Shown: positions 1 to 11,950 of the stretch, piece by piece
Numbering within the stretch: position 1 is the stretch's first letter
Layout: every line of letters begins with the position of its first letter
Origin: Camelus dromedarius
Taxonomy: Eukaryota
Direction: 5' to 3'
Length of the DNA: 64,000 nt
Assembly: GCF_036321535.1 (NCBI RefSeq)
Contig: NC_087447.1
Location: forward strand, 37,140,001 to 37,204,000
Made by a program: the position numbers and the translations under genes
The notes under the pieces: generated by a model
The model's database searches: none
What the model was told of the DNA's origin: nothing
Seen by the model: the letters and a program-made list of their open reading frames with translations, nothing else

Positions 1-430
1 TAAGACCTAAGAGAAGAAAACTTCAGATTTGAAGGAATGACTAATTTTCTAAGTTGAAGCATTCACCCTATTCCAGGAAACTTAACAGATAGCAAAAATT
101 TATCAAAAATAGTCCAGTGAAACAATTAGATTTCAAAGAAAACAAACAAAATAGTCCTTTAAATTTCAGGACAGGTTACCTAAAGGGAAAAATAAATTAA
201 GTTGAGTTCAGGATGCTAGAATGTAATTGTGCAAGAAATAGGAATTCTACAGCTAGTTAAATGTGTAAAACCAACAGAAACTTATTCTCAAATATAAAAG
301 GTCTTGGGAAATATTTTACCCTTGTACTCCTCCTGAGAAATCTACTAAAAGGTATAACTTAGACAGCCAGAAAATTTTAATAGTAAAAGTAAAAGAGCTG
401 AAGACTAGGGAACTCCAAATATGAAAGGCA
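1..430 (+). mobile_element. Highly degraded ancient L1 (L1M-type) ORF1-region remnant
   Basis: A-rich purine strand; caggttacctaaagggaaaaataaattaag (~172-201) resembles the L1 ORF1 'QVTYKG..IRL' coding region. No intact frame. Confidence 0.4.
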
Positions 431-764
431 ATTGAGAATTAAGTATGATAAACATATAATTATATCTAAAGAACTGTGGTAATTGTAGTTAAAGATGGTT
501 TGTAAATATTATAATTAAAAAATAAAATAATGGTAAATTAAAAACAAAATGACAATGGCAAGATCTTGAAAATGACATTATTATAGATGGGAGGGAAAAT
601 CCTAGCGCACCCCACAGTAATTATATTTCATGTCTTATTTTACCATGGGGGTGGGGGTAGAACTGATTACTGTTAATAGATTTAGATTTGAAAAATATAG
701 TTTTATCTCATTTATAAATATTGATATAAAAATGCAAACAAATTAAATATTAGCTACTCAATTA

Positions 765-872
765 GGTTAATTTACCAAGTACTTATTGAGCTCCTATTAC
801 GTTCATGTTCTAGGGATATAACAAGGAACATAACATATAAAGTTCCTGTCTCTCCTGGAGCTTACATTTTAT
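765..872 (-). mobile_element. L2 LINE 3' end fragment
   Basis: acttattgagctcctattac...tagggatata...gttcctgtctctcctggagcttacatttt matches the reverse complement of the L2 3' tail. Confidence 0.7.
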
Positions 873-954
873 ACCATGTTCAAGAATGATTTATGCCAGG
901 AAAGCAAATATGTATTAGTACTATGGCATCTATTAATATAATTCAGAATCTTGG

Positions 955-1990
955 AAAGTTTTCCAGTTCCACATACAAGGATCTTGGAAGTCACCACTCA
1001 GCCCTGAAAATAAGGAAAAAGCTGAGCAGACTGAAAAATCAACAAATCTCCTAAATTCTAAAAAAAAAAAGTGAGCACATAGGGAAAAACCACTGCCTCC
1101 AAGATTAGAGAGACAGACAGGCAAATACAAGGAGTGATGTCTTTCTGGAGCAAAGATGCACATGAGGAAACCTCAGTGGGAACCACTGCCAGGGAGGAAA
1201 ACCTGAATTGTAATTGATGAATTGCTGGAGGCTTAGTGTGGACAACTCTGAGAGTTAAAAATTCCAGGAGAAATCAATCATGGGGGGTTCCCATAATTTT
1301 ATGAGTTTTACCTTCAGGAGATCAACCTGGTTCCCACAGTAAATATCAGGGAAAAATCTCCTCAGGCTTCTGGCCGGGGGATGGGAAAAGGAACCAGAGC
1401 ATGCTGTTCTTCTTAACATGGCCTGTCCTTAGAAGAAACTAGCTAATCAGAGCCTAACCTGCTGAGGTGTTATCAGAGCCTAACGGACAAGGGGGAAGGA
1501 AAATACCCAACTCCAGGACACTCCAGCAATCATCTCCCACCTGAGGGAGGAGGGGAAAACCAGAAACAATTGTGAAATCCACGGTTTAGAGGCTCACTAA
1601 AAGACTAGCCCACACCTCACCAGCACATGGCTAAAGGCCTGTGTATAGTGGAACTTTTTACTTGGTATATCAAGTCTGCCTATCAAGAAAAACTTACAAG
1701 GCATACTAAAAGGCAAAAACACAATGTAAGTATAGACAGCAAGCATCAGAAGCAGACATGACAGGGATATTGGAATAATCAGATCACGAATTTAAAACAA
1801 CCATGGTAAATATGCTAAGGGCTCTAATGGATAACGTAGAGAGCATGCAAGAACAGATGGGCAATGTAAGCAGAGAGACAGAAACCCTAAGAACCAAAAA
1901 AGAAATGCTGCAGATCAAAAACACTGACAGAAATGAAGAATGCCTTTACTGGGCTTGTAAGAAAACTGACACAGCTGAGGAAAGAATCTC
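955..1990 (+). mobile_element. L1MC/L1MD-type 5' UTR plus start of ORF1 (coiled-coil remnant)
   Basis: ORF 1803-2015 begins MVNMLRALMDNVESMQEQMGNVSRETETLR, an L1 ORF1p N-terminal-like sequence; visibly homologous to 57740-57990 in this window. Confidence 0.8.
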
Positions 1991-2263
1991 TCCCTTGAGT
2001 CAGAGGAAGAGGTGACTACAGAGGAGAGGCACAAAGAAATACAACAGTGCTGGCTTGGAAGATGGAAGAGGCCCTGAGGCAAGCACTATGGGTGGACTCA
2101 AACTACAGAGGGCAAGGAAATAGACTCCCACCAAAGCCTCCAGAAGGAACACACCCCTTGATTTTGTTCCCAATCAGACCTATGGATTTGTCAGATAGTA
2201 CATGTGTACAGTTTAAGGGACTCAGCTTGTAGTGGATGGTTACAGCAACCACAGAAAACTACA
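1991..2263 (+). mobile_element. MaLR LTR fragment (MLT1D/E-like), 3' half
   Basis: tgctggcttggaagatggaagagg, ggcaaggaaatagactccc...agcctccagaaggaacac and terminal gttacagcaaccacagaaaactac are characteristic MLT1 motifs. Confidence 0.75.
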
Positions 2264-2329
2264 TGTCTACCATCTCCACTATGATTACAGAACACTGTTA
2301 ATATGAAGGGGAACAGCAGTCATTGCTTG

Positions 2330-3900
2330 CAGCTTATATGGTTGTTGGCTGGAAAATTCAAAATAATCAACAAACTATTAGAAAATATCGAGTGTTCGGT
2401 CATGAAAGTCTTTTAAAGATTCATGTAAAAAAGACAAAGTTTTCTTACATTTCAACAGTAAACTGCATATATAATCCAATAATGATCCTATTTATTGTAG
2501 CAAAAGGCCATGAAATACATAGAGTAAATTCAACATGTGTGGAGTGTCTTTGAAGAAAATGGATATATGATACTGAACAATATTTAAAAACATGAAGAAA
2601 ATGAAGTTACTTCTTTGTTCTGACATTAACAATCTTAATATTGTAGAGCCTCTCAAATTTAACAAAATCCAAAACAGTTTACACACTGTCTTGGTAATGG
2701 AAACTTGTTAAAATTACTCTAAAATTTATCTCTGGAAATTAAATATGCAAGATTAGGAAGAACAATACCATACAACATATTTGTTTTTTAAAAAATTGTA
2801 TGCTCTATTAATAAAGCAATGTGATACCACTTTAGGCTAGAAAGATAATTCAGCTGACAACAACTGATTTTTTAACAAGCAGATTTAAATAAATATGGAA
2901 ATGTATTATATGATTGCATGATATTTCAGATCTGTGCTAGGAAATATAGACTATTTAATAAATAGTGTTAACAGTGGAAATAATAAACAGTAAAAAAAGA
3001 AAAATTGATTCTTTGCTTTATGTAAGAATTAATTTCAGATAGCTATTACATTTAAATGTAAAAATTAAAGTCACGATTATTAAAAATGATGATGAATATT
3101 TTTATTTTCATAGGGATATAGAGGACATAACTCATAAACTATAATGGAAGAAACTATGATAGACATTTCTATCTAGAGAAAAATATAGAAAGTCAAAATT
3201 CTAAAATCAAACTGCAAAACATTCTCAAGTAAGAAAAATACCATACAATCCAATAGTAAAATGGGTAAAAATTACCAGCAGCCATTAAGGAAATAAAGAG
3301 TATGAATAGCCCATAAACATCAGAAGACATATTCAACTTAACTTTCAATAGCATAAATGCATATAAAACCTATGACCTGCTTTCATTGTACCATATCAGG
3401 TCAATAATGAGGAAAACTAGAGTTAATATCCAGGGTTGGCAAAGAGGTAGGGAAATGGAAATGGGAACATTAAGTACTAGTGGACAGTTGTGAAAGCCAG
3501 TACAGTCTTTCTGGATGACAGGATGCATAAAGATTTAAAATGTACATGTCCTGAGATCCTTCTAATATGACTTTATTCTATGGAGATAATTGGAAAAGAA
3601 TTTAATTATACAGGCATGTTCATTAAAGAGTTGTATATAATAGTGAAGTTGAAAATATTCACAGAGAGTGGAGTGCATAAGTAAAAGTTGGTACATATAT
3701 ACCACGGAGTATAGAGGAAAGATACTTACATGAATTTATTCCTATCTAATGGTTACTCAAATTCCATTAAAACCTATTTTACCCTTAAAAAATGTAAATG
3801 TCTATATATTACTGTTGAGTGAAAAATAAGGATTTGATATTGGGGGGGGGGGTTAGGAAAATATTCCAAAAGTTTAATGGTGATTTCTCTGGATCGTGAT
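2330..3900 (+). mobile_element. Ancient L1 (L1ME-like) ORF2 3' part and 3' UTR, heavily degraded
   Basis: Degenerate ORF2 landmarks in the expected order: aacaaactattagaa, atacaatccaatagtaaaatggg, tgaatagcccataaacat, gggttggcaaagaggtagggaaatggaa. Confidence 0.65.
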
Positions 3901-4899
3901 GGTTTTTGTTGTCTTGTTCATTTGTCAGATTTTTGTTGTTTTGTGTATATTTTTATGTAATGTTGGATTTTCTACAATGAAGGTGCACATATCTATGCAG
4001 ACAAAAAAAAAAAAACCCAGCAGCAACAACTAAAACCAAGTTTAATAAAGTTGGTGAACATTTAAAAACAAAATCTTTAGATGCTTCCTTGCAAAGTAAT
4101 GATTCTGTTAAAATCATTGTGTGAACAAAACATTTCATTTACTTGGAACTATCTTAACAGGAAAAATGCTTAATTTTCTCCTAACAGATTTTCTGTTATG
4201 AAGAGATTTTAAAGTAGAAACAATTTCTTCAAGTTGAGTTGTATAAAGAATTTTACTTTGGGCTGGTAAGACTGTTACATAATTTAGAGTCATCATTTTT
4301 TTATTCCCAAATATTTCCATTGATATTATGGTGGAAAGGTTATTCTCTGGTGGCCCAAATGTAATCATAAAATGGGTTAGTAGATTTAGGGATATAATAT
4401 AAGGAGCCATAGTATTACTAGATTGAAACAAAACATATTTCTATTAACTTCACTTTATAGTGAAGGAAAATTGTGCTCAGAAGTAAAGTGACTTGAGCAG
4501 AGACAGACAGTGAGTCAATGGCAGCCCTGAGACTCATCCAGCAGCATGATTTGCAGGTTGCTCTCTGATGTGTTTCTTCTAGAGTGTCTGTTAGTTGCTT
4601 GAGGAACCTCATGCATAGGGAGGGGTCCATGTAGATGGGATTCAATCAGACCAGCTCTGCTTCAGTCTATTTTATTTATCAGGCTTCCAGCCAAGTTTGG
4701 AAATCAGTCTACTAGGTCACACTATTCTTCCACAGCAACTTGCCCTATGAATATAAACTAACTCTAACAGTAATCCAGCCCAGGGCACCTTCAAAATGAG
4801 ACTTATTGCTATCATTTGTCTACAGCCTGATTTCCTCAGAATCCAGTCTAAGGTCTTAGGCTGTTTGGCTCTGATTAAATCTCCTATTCTTTTAGTCTT

Positions 4900-5240
4900 T
4901 TTGAGTTATTGGAGGGAGATTTCTGCCTCTCAATACAGCACAGTTCACAGATCTTTAGGAAGCATATCTTGTGGATGTACATGGGTTTCATACTCTGGTG
5001 AATGATTCTACCCAAAATGGCAGAGAGGAGAATGAGGGCAGGCAATAGACCCTGTCAATGGTTACTGTTCAGACTCACATTTTTGTTGAGGTCATTGATG
5101 AAGTCACAGATGTCATCTACTCAATTTGTGGATAATTACAGCTGGAAGTAATAGTAAATATCTTGGTTTAACAAGAACTAGAAACCTAAAAGACTTAAAC
5201 AGCATGGACAACAGAAATAAACTATGTAATTATCAGCATT
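4900..5240 (+). mobile_element. L3/CR1 LINE RT-region fragment
   Basis: caatttgtggataattacagctggaagtaatagtaaatatcttgg resembles the CR1 'KFADDTKLGGIVNTLE' coding motif. Confidence 0.4.
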
Positions 5241-5859
5241 ATTCCAAATTGATGTTTTTTAAGGTAGGAAAATCCCCACTACTGAAATGTTAAATCAATG
5301 GCTATTTGTCATTTGTAAGGGATACAGGGAAATTCTTGGACCTCTACCTCTAATATTCTCCCCAACTATTATACTCCAGGCTGGTATGCACAGTTAAGAA
5401 GCAAGATCAGTGAATTCTTCCTCAATCTAAGATAGATGCTCTTTGATATTGTTCCTAACAAAGAACCAATAGGAAAACTGTTAGTAAGATACTGTAACCA
5501 AGGGCATTGGATTGATCCAAAGAAGACTTTCAAGGACCTTGCAAGCTATTGCTTGGTGGGTAGATTCACAGCCAAGCCCCTTGTTTGATAATAAGACTCC
5601 AGGCCTATGATGCTTTTATGGAGCCAGGAATGACAAGAAGAGAGATCTTCTGAGGTGCTGGGGAGAGAGTCAGAGAGGGGTGACAGGGCTGAGGTAGTCA
5701 GGGTGGCTGCTGTCCCACTTTTCATCTCCCCACTACTTACAAAAGGCACCTTTAGGCTTCTTGAAAATTTCCCATAAGAAAGGCAGCCATCATTTCCAGG
5801 TCACAGGTCGGTAAAGATAAAGATGTGGGAGGCAGCATTTACATTTTTTTTGCCTTTTA

Positions 5860-5998
5860 ATACATGTCAGGTATTATGCTAGATGTCTTATCTCATTTAA
5901 CTTACCCTCAGTTGACAAAAAAGGAAATTGAGAGTCATCAAAGTGAAGAGAAATTCCCCAGGACCCACAAACAGTTAAGTGGCAGAGCTTGAACCCTG
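5860..5998 (-). mobile_element. MIR SINE
   Basis: MIR core-like ggaaattgagagtc...cccaggacccacaaacagttaagtggcagagcttgaaccc. Confidence 0.65.
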
Positions 5999-6040
5999 TT
6001 TTTTTTCGATTTTTTTAAAATCTGGAATCAAAGGCTATCT

Positions 6041-8026
6041 AGGGAGCACCTAAATATATAAAGCAAATATTAACAGACCTGAAGTGTGAAATAGACAACA
6101 ATTCAGTAATATAAGGGGACTTCAATACCACACTTTTTGTGATGGATAGATCATCCAGACAGAAAATCAATAAGGAAATATTAGACTTAAACTACATGTT
6201 AGACCAGTTAAACTTAACAGATATTGACAGAATAGTCTCTCCAGCAGCAGCAGAATACACATTTTTCTCAAGCATACATGGAACATTCTCCAAAACAGAT
6301 CATATGTTAGGCCACAAAATAAGTCTTAATAAATTTAAGAAGACTCAAATCATCATATTTTTGACCACTGTGGTATGAAACTAGAAATCAACCACAAGAA
6401 GAAAACTAGAAAATTCACAAATATGTGGAGATTAAACAGCATGCTATTAATTAACCAATGGGTTAAAGAAGAAATAAAAAAAATTTGAGGTATACGAAAA
6501 TGGAGATACTACATACAAAAACTTATGGGATGCAGCAAAAGTAGAGGGAAGAGGGAAGTTCATAATGATAAATGCCTATTTTAAGAAAAAAGAAAGAGCA
6601 CAAATAAAGAACCTAAATTTATACCTCAAGGTACCAGAAAAAGCAATATTATATAGCTGCAGTAATTAAAACAGTATGGCATTGGCATTAAAAACAGACA
6701 CATAGGTCAATGGAATAAAATAGCCTAGAAATAAACCCATGTATATATGGTCAATTAATTCATGACAAAGAAGAAACACAGCTATACAATGGGGAAAGGA
6801 TAGTGTCTCTTCAATAAAAGGTGTTGGGAAAACTAGAAAAAAGTCACAAGCAAAAGAATAAAATTGGACTCCTATATTATACAGTACACAAAACCAACTC
6901 AAAATGGATTAAAGACTTGAGCATAAGACCTGAAAGCATAAAACTCCTAGAAGAAAAGAGGAGGTAAATCCTTGCTATTGGTACTGGCAAAATTTGGGGG
7001 AATTTGACACAAAATCATAGGCAACAAAAGCAAAAATAAACAAACTATATCAAACTAAAAGTCTTCTGCACAGCAAAGGAAATCATCCATAAAATGAAAA
7101 GGCAATGTATCAAATGGGAAGAAAAATTTGCAAATTATATATTAATAAGGGATTAGTACCCAAAATATATAAAGAACTCATACAACTCAATATAAAAATA
7201 AAACCACAAACAATCAGATTTAAAAATGAGCAGAGGAACTGAATAGACATTTTTCCAAAGAAGATGTTTAAGATAGTCAACATGTACTTGAAAAGGTACT
7301 CAATGTCATAATAATCAGGGAAATGCAAATCAAACCACAATGAGATACCATCTCATATCTGTTAGAATTGTTATCATTAAAGTGATAAAAGATAACAAGT
7401 GTTGGTGAGCATATGGAGAAAAAGAAACCCTTGTGCAAAGTTGGTGGGAATGTGAATTGGTGCTACCACCATAGAAACAATATGGAGGTTCCTCCACCAC
7501 AAATTAAAAATAGATCTACCATATGATCCAGCAATTCCACTTCTGGGTATATATCCAAAGGACATGTAGGACCTCCAAGAAATATCTACACTCCTTTGTT
7601 CATTGCAGCATTATTCACAATAGCCAAGATATGGAAACAACCTGTCTGTCAATGGATGAATGGATAAAGAAGATGTGGTGTATATGTATACAATGGGATA
7701 CCATTCAGCTATGGGAAAGAAGGAAATTCTGCCATTTGTGACAACTTGAGGGCATTAGGCTTAGTGAAATAAGCTAGACAGTCAAAGACAAATATTGCAT
7801 GGTAGCACTTATATGTGAAATCTAAAAACAAAAACAAAATTTAAAAAGGTCAAAATCATAGAAAGAGAGAGCAGAAAAGTGGTTGCTAGGGGCTGGGGGC
7901 CGAGGCGGGGGAAATAGGGAGAGGTTGGTAAGAGAGGTACAAACTTTCAGTTATAAGATGCATACGGTGACTGACTATAGTTGGTAACACTATATTGTAT
8001 AATAGAATGTTTTTAATTTAAAAAAA
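6041..8026 (+). mobile_element. 5'-truncated L1 (L1MA9-like 3' UTR) with endonuclease remnant, internal deletion of the RT region, ORF2 C-terminus and 3' UTR
   Basis: ORF 6139-6378 DRSSRQKINKE...EYTFFSSIHGTFSKTDHMLGHK is L1 endonuclease domain. From ~6647 the post-RT motif YYxAxVIKTVWxW (tattatatagctgcagtaattaaaacagtatgg) follows. Also gatccagcaattccacttctgggtatatatcc and 3' UTR gtacaaactttcagttataagatg. Frameshifts and stops make it non-functional. Confidence 0.92.
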
Positions 8027-8427
8027 TGAAGTTTTGGGACAGATCAAGTGACTTACCCAAGATCTCACATCGGGCTGATAACCTGATGAAGATAATCATA
8101 TTCTCCCTCTAGGCATGCACTCAGTATTTTTGAAAAAACTGTTAAGAGGTCAATAGATAAAGCACCTACTATGTGTCAGTGTTCATCAGTGTGTTCACTG
8201 GAATGCATGTTTCGTAACTCTCCATTCATGTGCAGCAAAAAAAAATATCAGACCCAGGACCTTTTGGAAGTTTAAGTAGAGATGCACATTCCTTGGTTGG
8301 AAGTGCTGGAAACTCCAAGAGTCTTAGAAACAGCAGACAAAGTCTTGAACACATTGCAGCTTGTAAAGTTGTTTCTTTAGGGTCATTGTTCAAAGGTATA
8401 GCATGTCATTTCTGTTTCCATTTATAG

Positions 8428-8670
8428 CAGGGGGTCCCCGAATTGTGGCCTGTGGGCCGAATCCAGCTCCTGGCCTGTTTTGGTAAATAACATTTTTAGT
8501 GGCGTGCAGCCATATCCATTCATTTGCATATTGTTTATGTCTGCTTTTGTGCTACAATGATAGAGTTTAATAATTGTAACAGAAATGTGTGGTTTGCAAA
8601 GCCTAAAATATTTACTATCTATAATATCTGCTATCTGCAAGGCTATGTAGAAAATGTTTGCTGACCCCTG
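8428..8670. mobile_element. MER58A-like hAT-Charlie MITE, full length
   Basis: Termini cagggggtc / gacccctg are inverted repeats; internal gcaaagcctaaaatatttactatct; degenerate 8-bp TSD atttatag (8420-8427) / gtttattg (8671-8678). Confidence 0.85.
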
Positions 8671-10274
8671 GTTTATTGTAGTTTTCAGCTCACTGCAGCA
8701 CTTTTTATTGAAATTTCTCACTTTCCCAAAGCCTAGGAATGAATATTAATTCTATCGCTGCTTGTTTTTTTTTTTAACTTTTGGCAAGTTGGGTATTTGT
8801 AGACGTAAATATTTTGGCACAGTTTCTAGCATATGTGAGCCCCTCTGTATATACGCCACAGTGATGGAATGATTTCTTGGGTTTCACACCCTTTTTATAA
8901 GGTTTGCCTGCGGCTGTGGGGGAGGGGTGGCATCCTGCTCTCTCTCTCTACAAATTCTAGTTGAGGAGAGAAAACAGGAGAGCTGTGTGGTCCAGGGGTC
9001 TGTTTCCTTTGCTATTACTACTGGCGGACTCATTAAGGACTTGTTAGGCTTGCGGAGCAGGTGCCCAGACAAGAATGAATCTTTGGCTTTATTGTGTAGA
9101 AGCCCTGAGGTCTGAAAATATTAAGTTAAAGCAGAAGTCTTAGCCCTATTTTCAGAGCTGCAAAAAGTCCACCACGAGTCTCCCTTTTGGAGAGTGGAAA
9201 CCAAAGAATGGTTTTGTTTCCATTTTTGTCCTGTCTTGCAGGACAGTCATCATGGCATAAGACGCCCTTTCATGGCACTCATATTGATCCTAATGGTTGC
9301 ATATTTCCAGTATTCTTTTTGTTGGTCTTGAGTTTTCATGCGTCCTTGTATTTCCCAATTTTTTCATTTCACTTTGTTTTTATTTCAATCTTTGCACTGT
9401 TGCTGTATAGTCACTTCAAACACTTAGTGGGAAGAAATGGAGCATGAATATATACAACACAAATATTCAGATAAATAAATAAAACTAATGGAAAATGTAC
9501 ACTTGCCCAAACTAAAGTCAAGCAGCCTACAAATATATCAAGTTTCTGGGCTTTGGACTAGAACTTCTTGGACTGTGTCTGGTAACCCTGGGTTTCTCAT
9601 GTGGATCAGAAGTTCTGATTGTCTGACATTGCCATCATAGGCCTTTCCGAGATCCTTGGGGGAAAACATGAAAAGTGGTCCTTGGCAATGAAAAGCTTGG
9701 GTACTATGGTGTTAAAACACGTCTTCCAGACCGTGACCATGACCACACTGTGGGTGTGTTTTCCTTGGCACAGTCCAGGAGCAATAACTCTGCAAATGCA
9801 TGCAGGTGAGTGATACAGTTCCTTCTTGGAGGAGGGAGTCAGGGCTGGTGGAGAATATTAGAGCGCTGAAAGGTGCTATTTAAGATTTGGGGCAGAAGAG
9901 CGGAGATCTAAAAATGAGACACAGAACTGCCTTTGGGAAACAGTGTGATGCTGATAAAAGATGCTCGTCAGTGCTCTTCCTTAGCACTTTGCCCCACCTT
10001 CCCCTGCTGTCACATCTCAGTCTAAATTGACTCTTTGTATCTTTGACTTGTCACTCTTTCTGCTACCCTGATGAAAATTGATCAGTCCTCAGAGTTTCAC
10101 TCTTTGCTTAGGCTAATCTGATAAGCAAATTTGTGTAAGTCAGAAAGAAATGGGTCCCACTGGTATCAAACCAAGTCCTTTTATAGGGATCTACTCAGAC
10201 ATAGTCTTTGGGACCTTTAGTCATTCTGAAAACCAAAATAAACTGGGGGTGGAACGAAAGTAAGAGGACAAAAC

Positions 10275-10450
10275 CAATCAGCCAAGACCTGGGTTTTGCA
10301 CCAGACTAGTCACTGATTACATGGCTTTGAGCAAGTCATCAAAACTCTTCAGATATCAGGTTGCTAATCTGTAATGTGGGGTTAGAAATCCTAATGGATA
10401 GATTTGCTATGAGTAACAGATGACTTGATTAAGCATGCAAAAGTACCTTG
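10275..10450 (+). mobile_element. MIR SINE
   Basis: agacctgggttt...ctttgagcaagtcatc...atctgtaatgtgggg, the MIR head and core. Confidence 0.65.
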
Positions 10451-10989
10451 GAAACCCCCCAAATCTGCATAAAGTACCATTATTATTACAAAAAGTTACA
10501 TTTTCAACTTCATACCAATGTGATACAAGGCCACTTTGAGAAAGTGAGAGACAGCGCAAATGATGTTTCAAGTGCATCTCTGAAGGGCATCTTATTCAGT
10601 ATTCTGGGCAGGGCTACCATAGACAGGGCAGAGATGGTTTTCTGAAAGACTTTAAGCCAAGTGTGGGCTAGATTATTATATGGTTATGTTGGTTCCCAAC
10701 TATTTGAACAATCTTACCAACGTGGGAAGTGAAACTAATAGTAAAGTACACCCTCTACCCCTCTACGTGACAGACATCTTTCAAGGCATTAAAAAAATTA
10801 TTTTTTGTTCCTGACAGCAATCCTGAAAAGAAGAAATTAAAGATCACATAATAATAATGAGGAAACTGAGGCTTGGATATGCTAATTAGCATCTTCTCTC
10901 CAGTGCTTTTTCCAGCATGTTCAGAATCACCTGTTGGCTTAGAGGCCAGTCTCTCCAAGTGGTGAGTCTCCCAGACCATCTTAGTCTTG

Positions 10990-11950
10990 TCAGTTTATGA
11001 GTATCACGTTCACAGATGACACAAAGTGCAGAATAATCACTGAGGCTTAGATGGCAGGACCAGGAATTGGAATAACATTAAAGGGCCAAAATAATGAGCC
11101 CAAAGTACAATAAGCAATGTGGCAAGATGAACACAATGTCTTTGACTCAGCTTTGAAAAGCTGATTGTTTTAATTTTAACACCGAAAAGAAATTGTTCAT
11201 GAATGTGTTGGGGAATACCCTAAGCATTTTAGATGAATAAAAAGTCAACAAATTTTGAGATTTGCAGATACTGACTGGTATATACAAAATAGATAAACAA
11301 GTTTCTGTGCTTTGGACTAGAACTTCTTGGACTGTGTCTGGTAACCCTGGGTTTACTGTATAGCATGGGGAAATATATTTGATATCTTGTAGTAGCTTAC
11401 AGTGGAAAAGAATATGAAAACGAATATACGTATATTCACATATGACTGAAGCATTGCGCTGTACACCAGAAATTGACACAACATTGTAAACTGACAAAAC
11501 TTCAATTAAAAAAAAAGTCAAAAAATAGAAGTCAATAGAAAGTGTGTTATGATTGCTGAAGAAGTTAAAGGCTGTATTTATAGAAGTAGATTGCTCAGAT
11601 TAGAGGAGGTGATACTGCACTGTTATCTGCATTGAGCAAGCACACACTAGCTGTATTGTATTCAGATCTAAACCACTATTAAATACTGCTGGTAGGCTAG
11701 AGACCATTCAATGTTTCACCAGGCTGAAGAAGGCATTAGAAACTATATGAAATGAGGGGCAGACAGAGTGGTTACATTTAGAAAGAACAGACTCAAGAAT
11801 GTACTTGATACTCTAAGGTATATGAATAGTTGTCAAGGGAAGAGGAATTAGGCTCATTGATCAGATGTCAGAACAAAACTCAGAAGGGAAAATGTTAGGG
11901 ATGCAGAATTTGGCTCCTATAGGAAAGAACTTTCCTATTTTTAAAACAAT
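10990..11950 (+). mobile_element. L3/CR1 LINE 3' portion, interrupted by a young L1 fragment
   Basis: ttcacagatgacacaaag (FxDDTK motif) at ~11008, ggctgtatttatagaagtaga...gaggaggtgata, and tail ggaaagaactttccta typical of L3. Confidence 0.6.
11254..11511 (+). mobile_element. Young lineage-specific L1 3'-UTR fragment (camelid/artiodactyl type) with poly(A) and TSD
   Basis: tttgagatttgcagatact...gctgtacaccagaaattgacacaacattgtaaactgac...cttcaattaaaaaaaa. TSD aaaaagtcaacaaat (11239-11253) / aaaaagtcaaaaaat (11512-11526), 14/15 identical. Confidence 0.88.

Noticed and set aside
955..1990. Segmental duplication with 56780-57990
   Set aside because: The similarity is confined to L1MC/MD 5' UTR and ORF1 sequence and is highly diverged: independent insertions of related elements.
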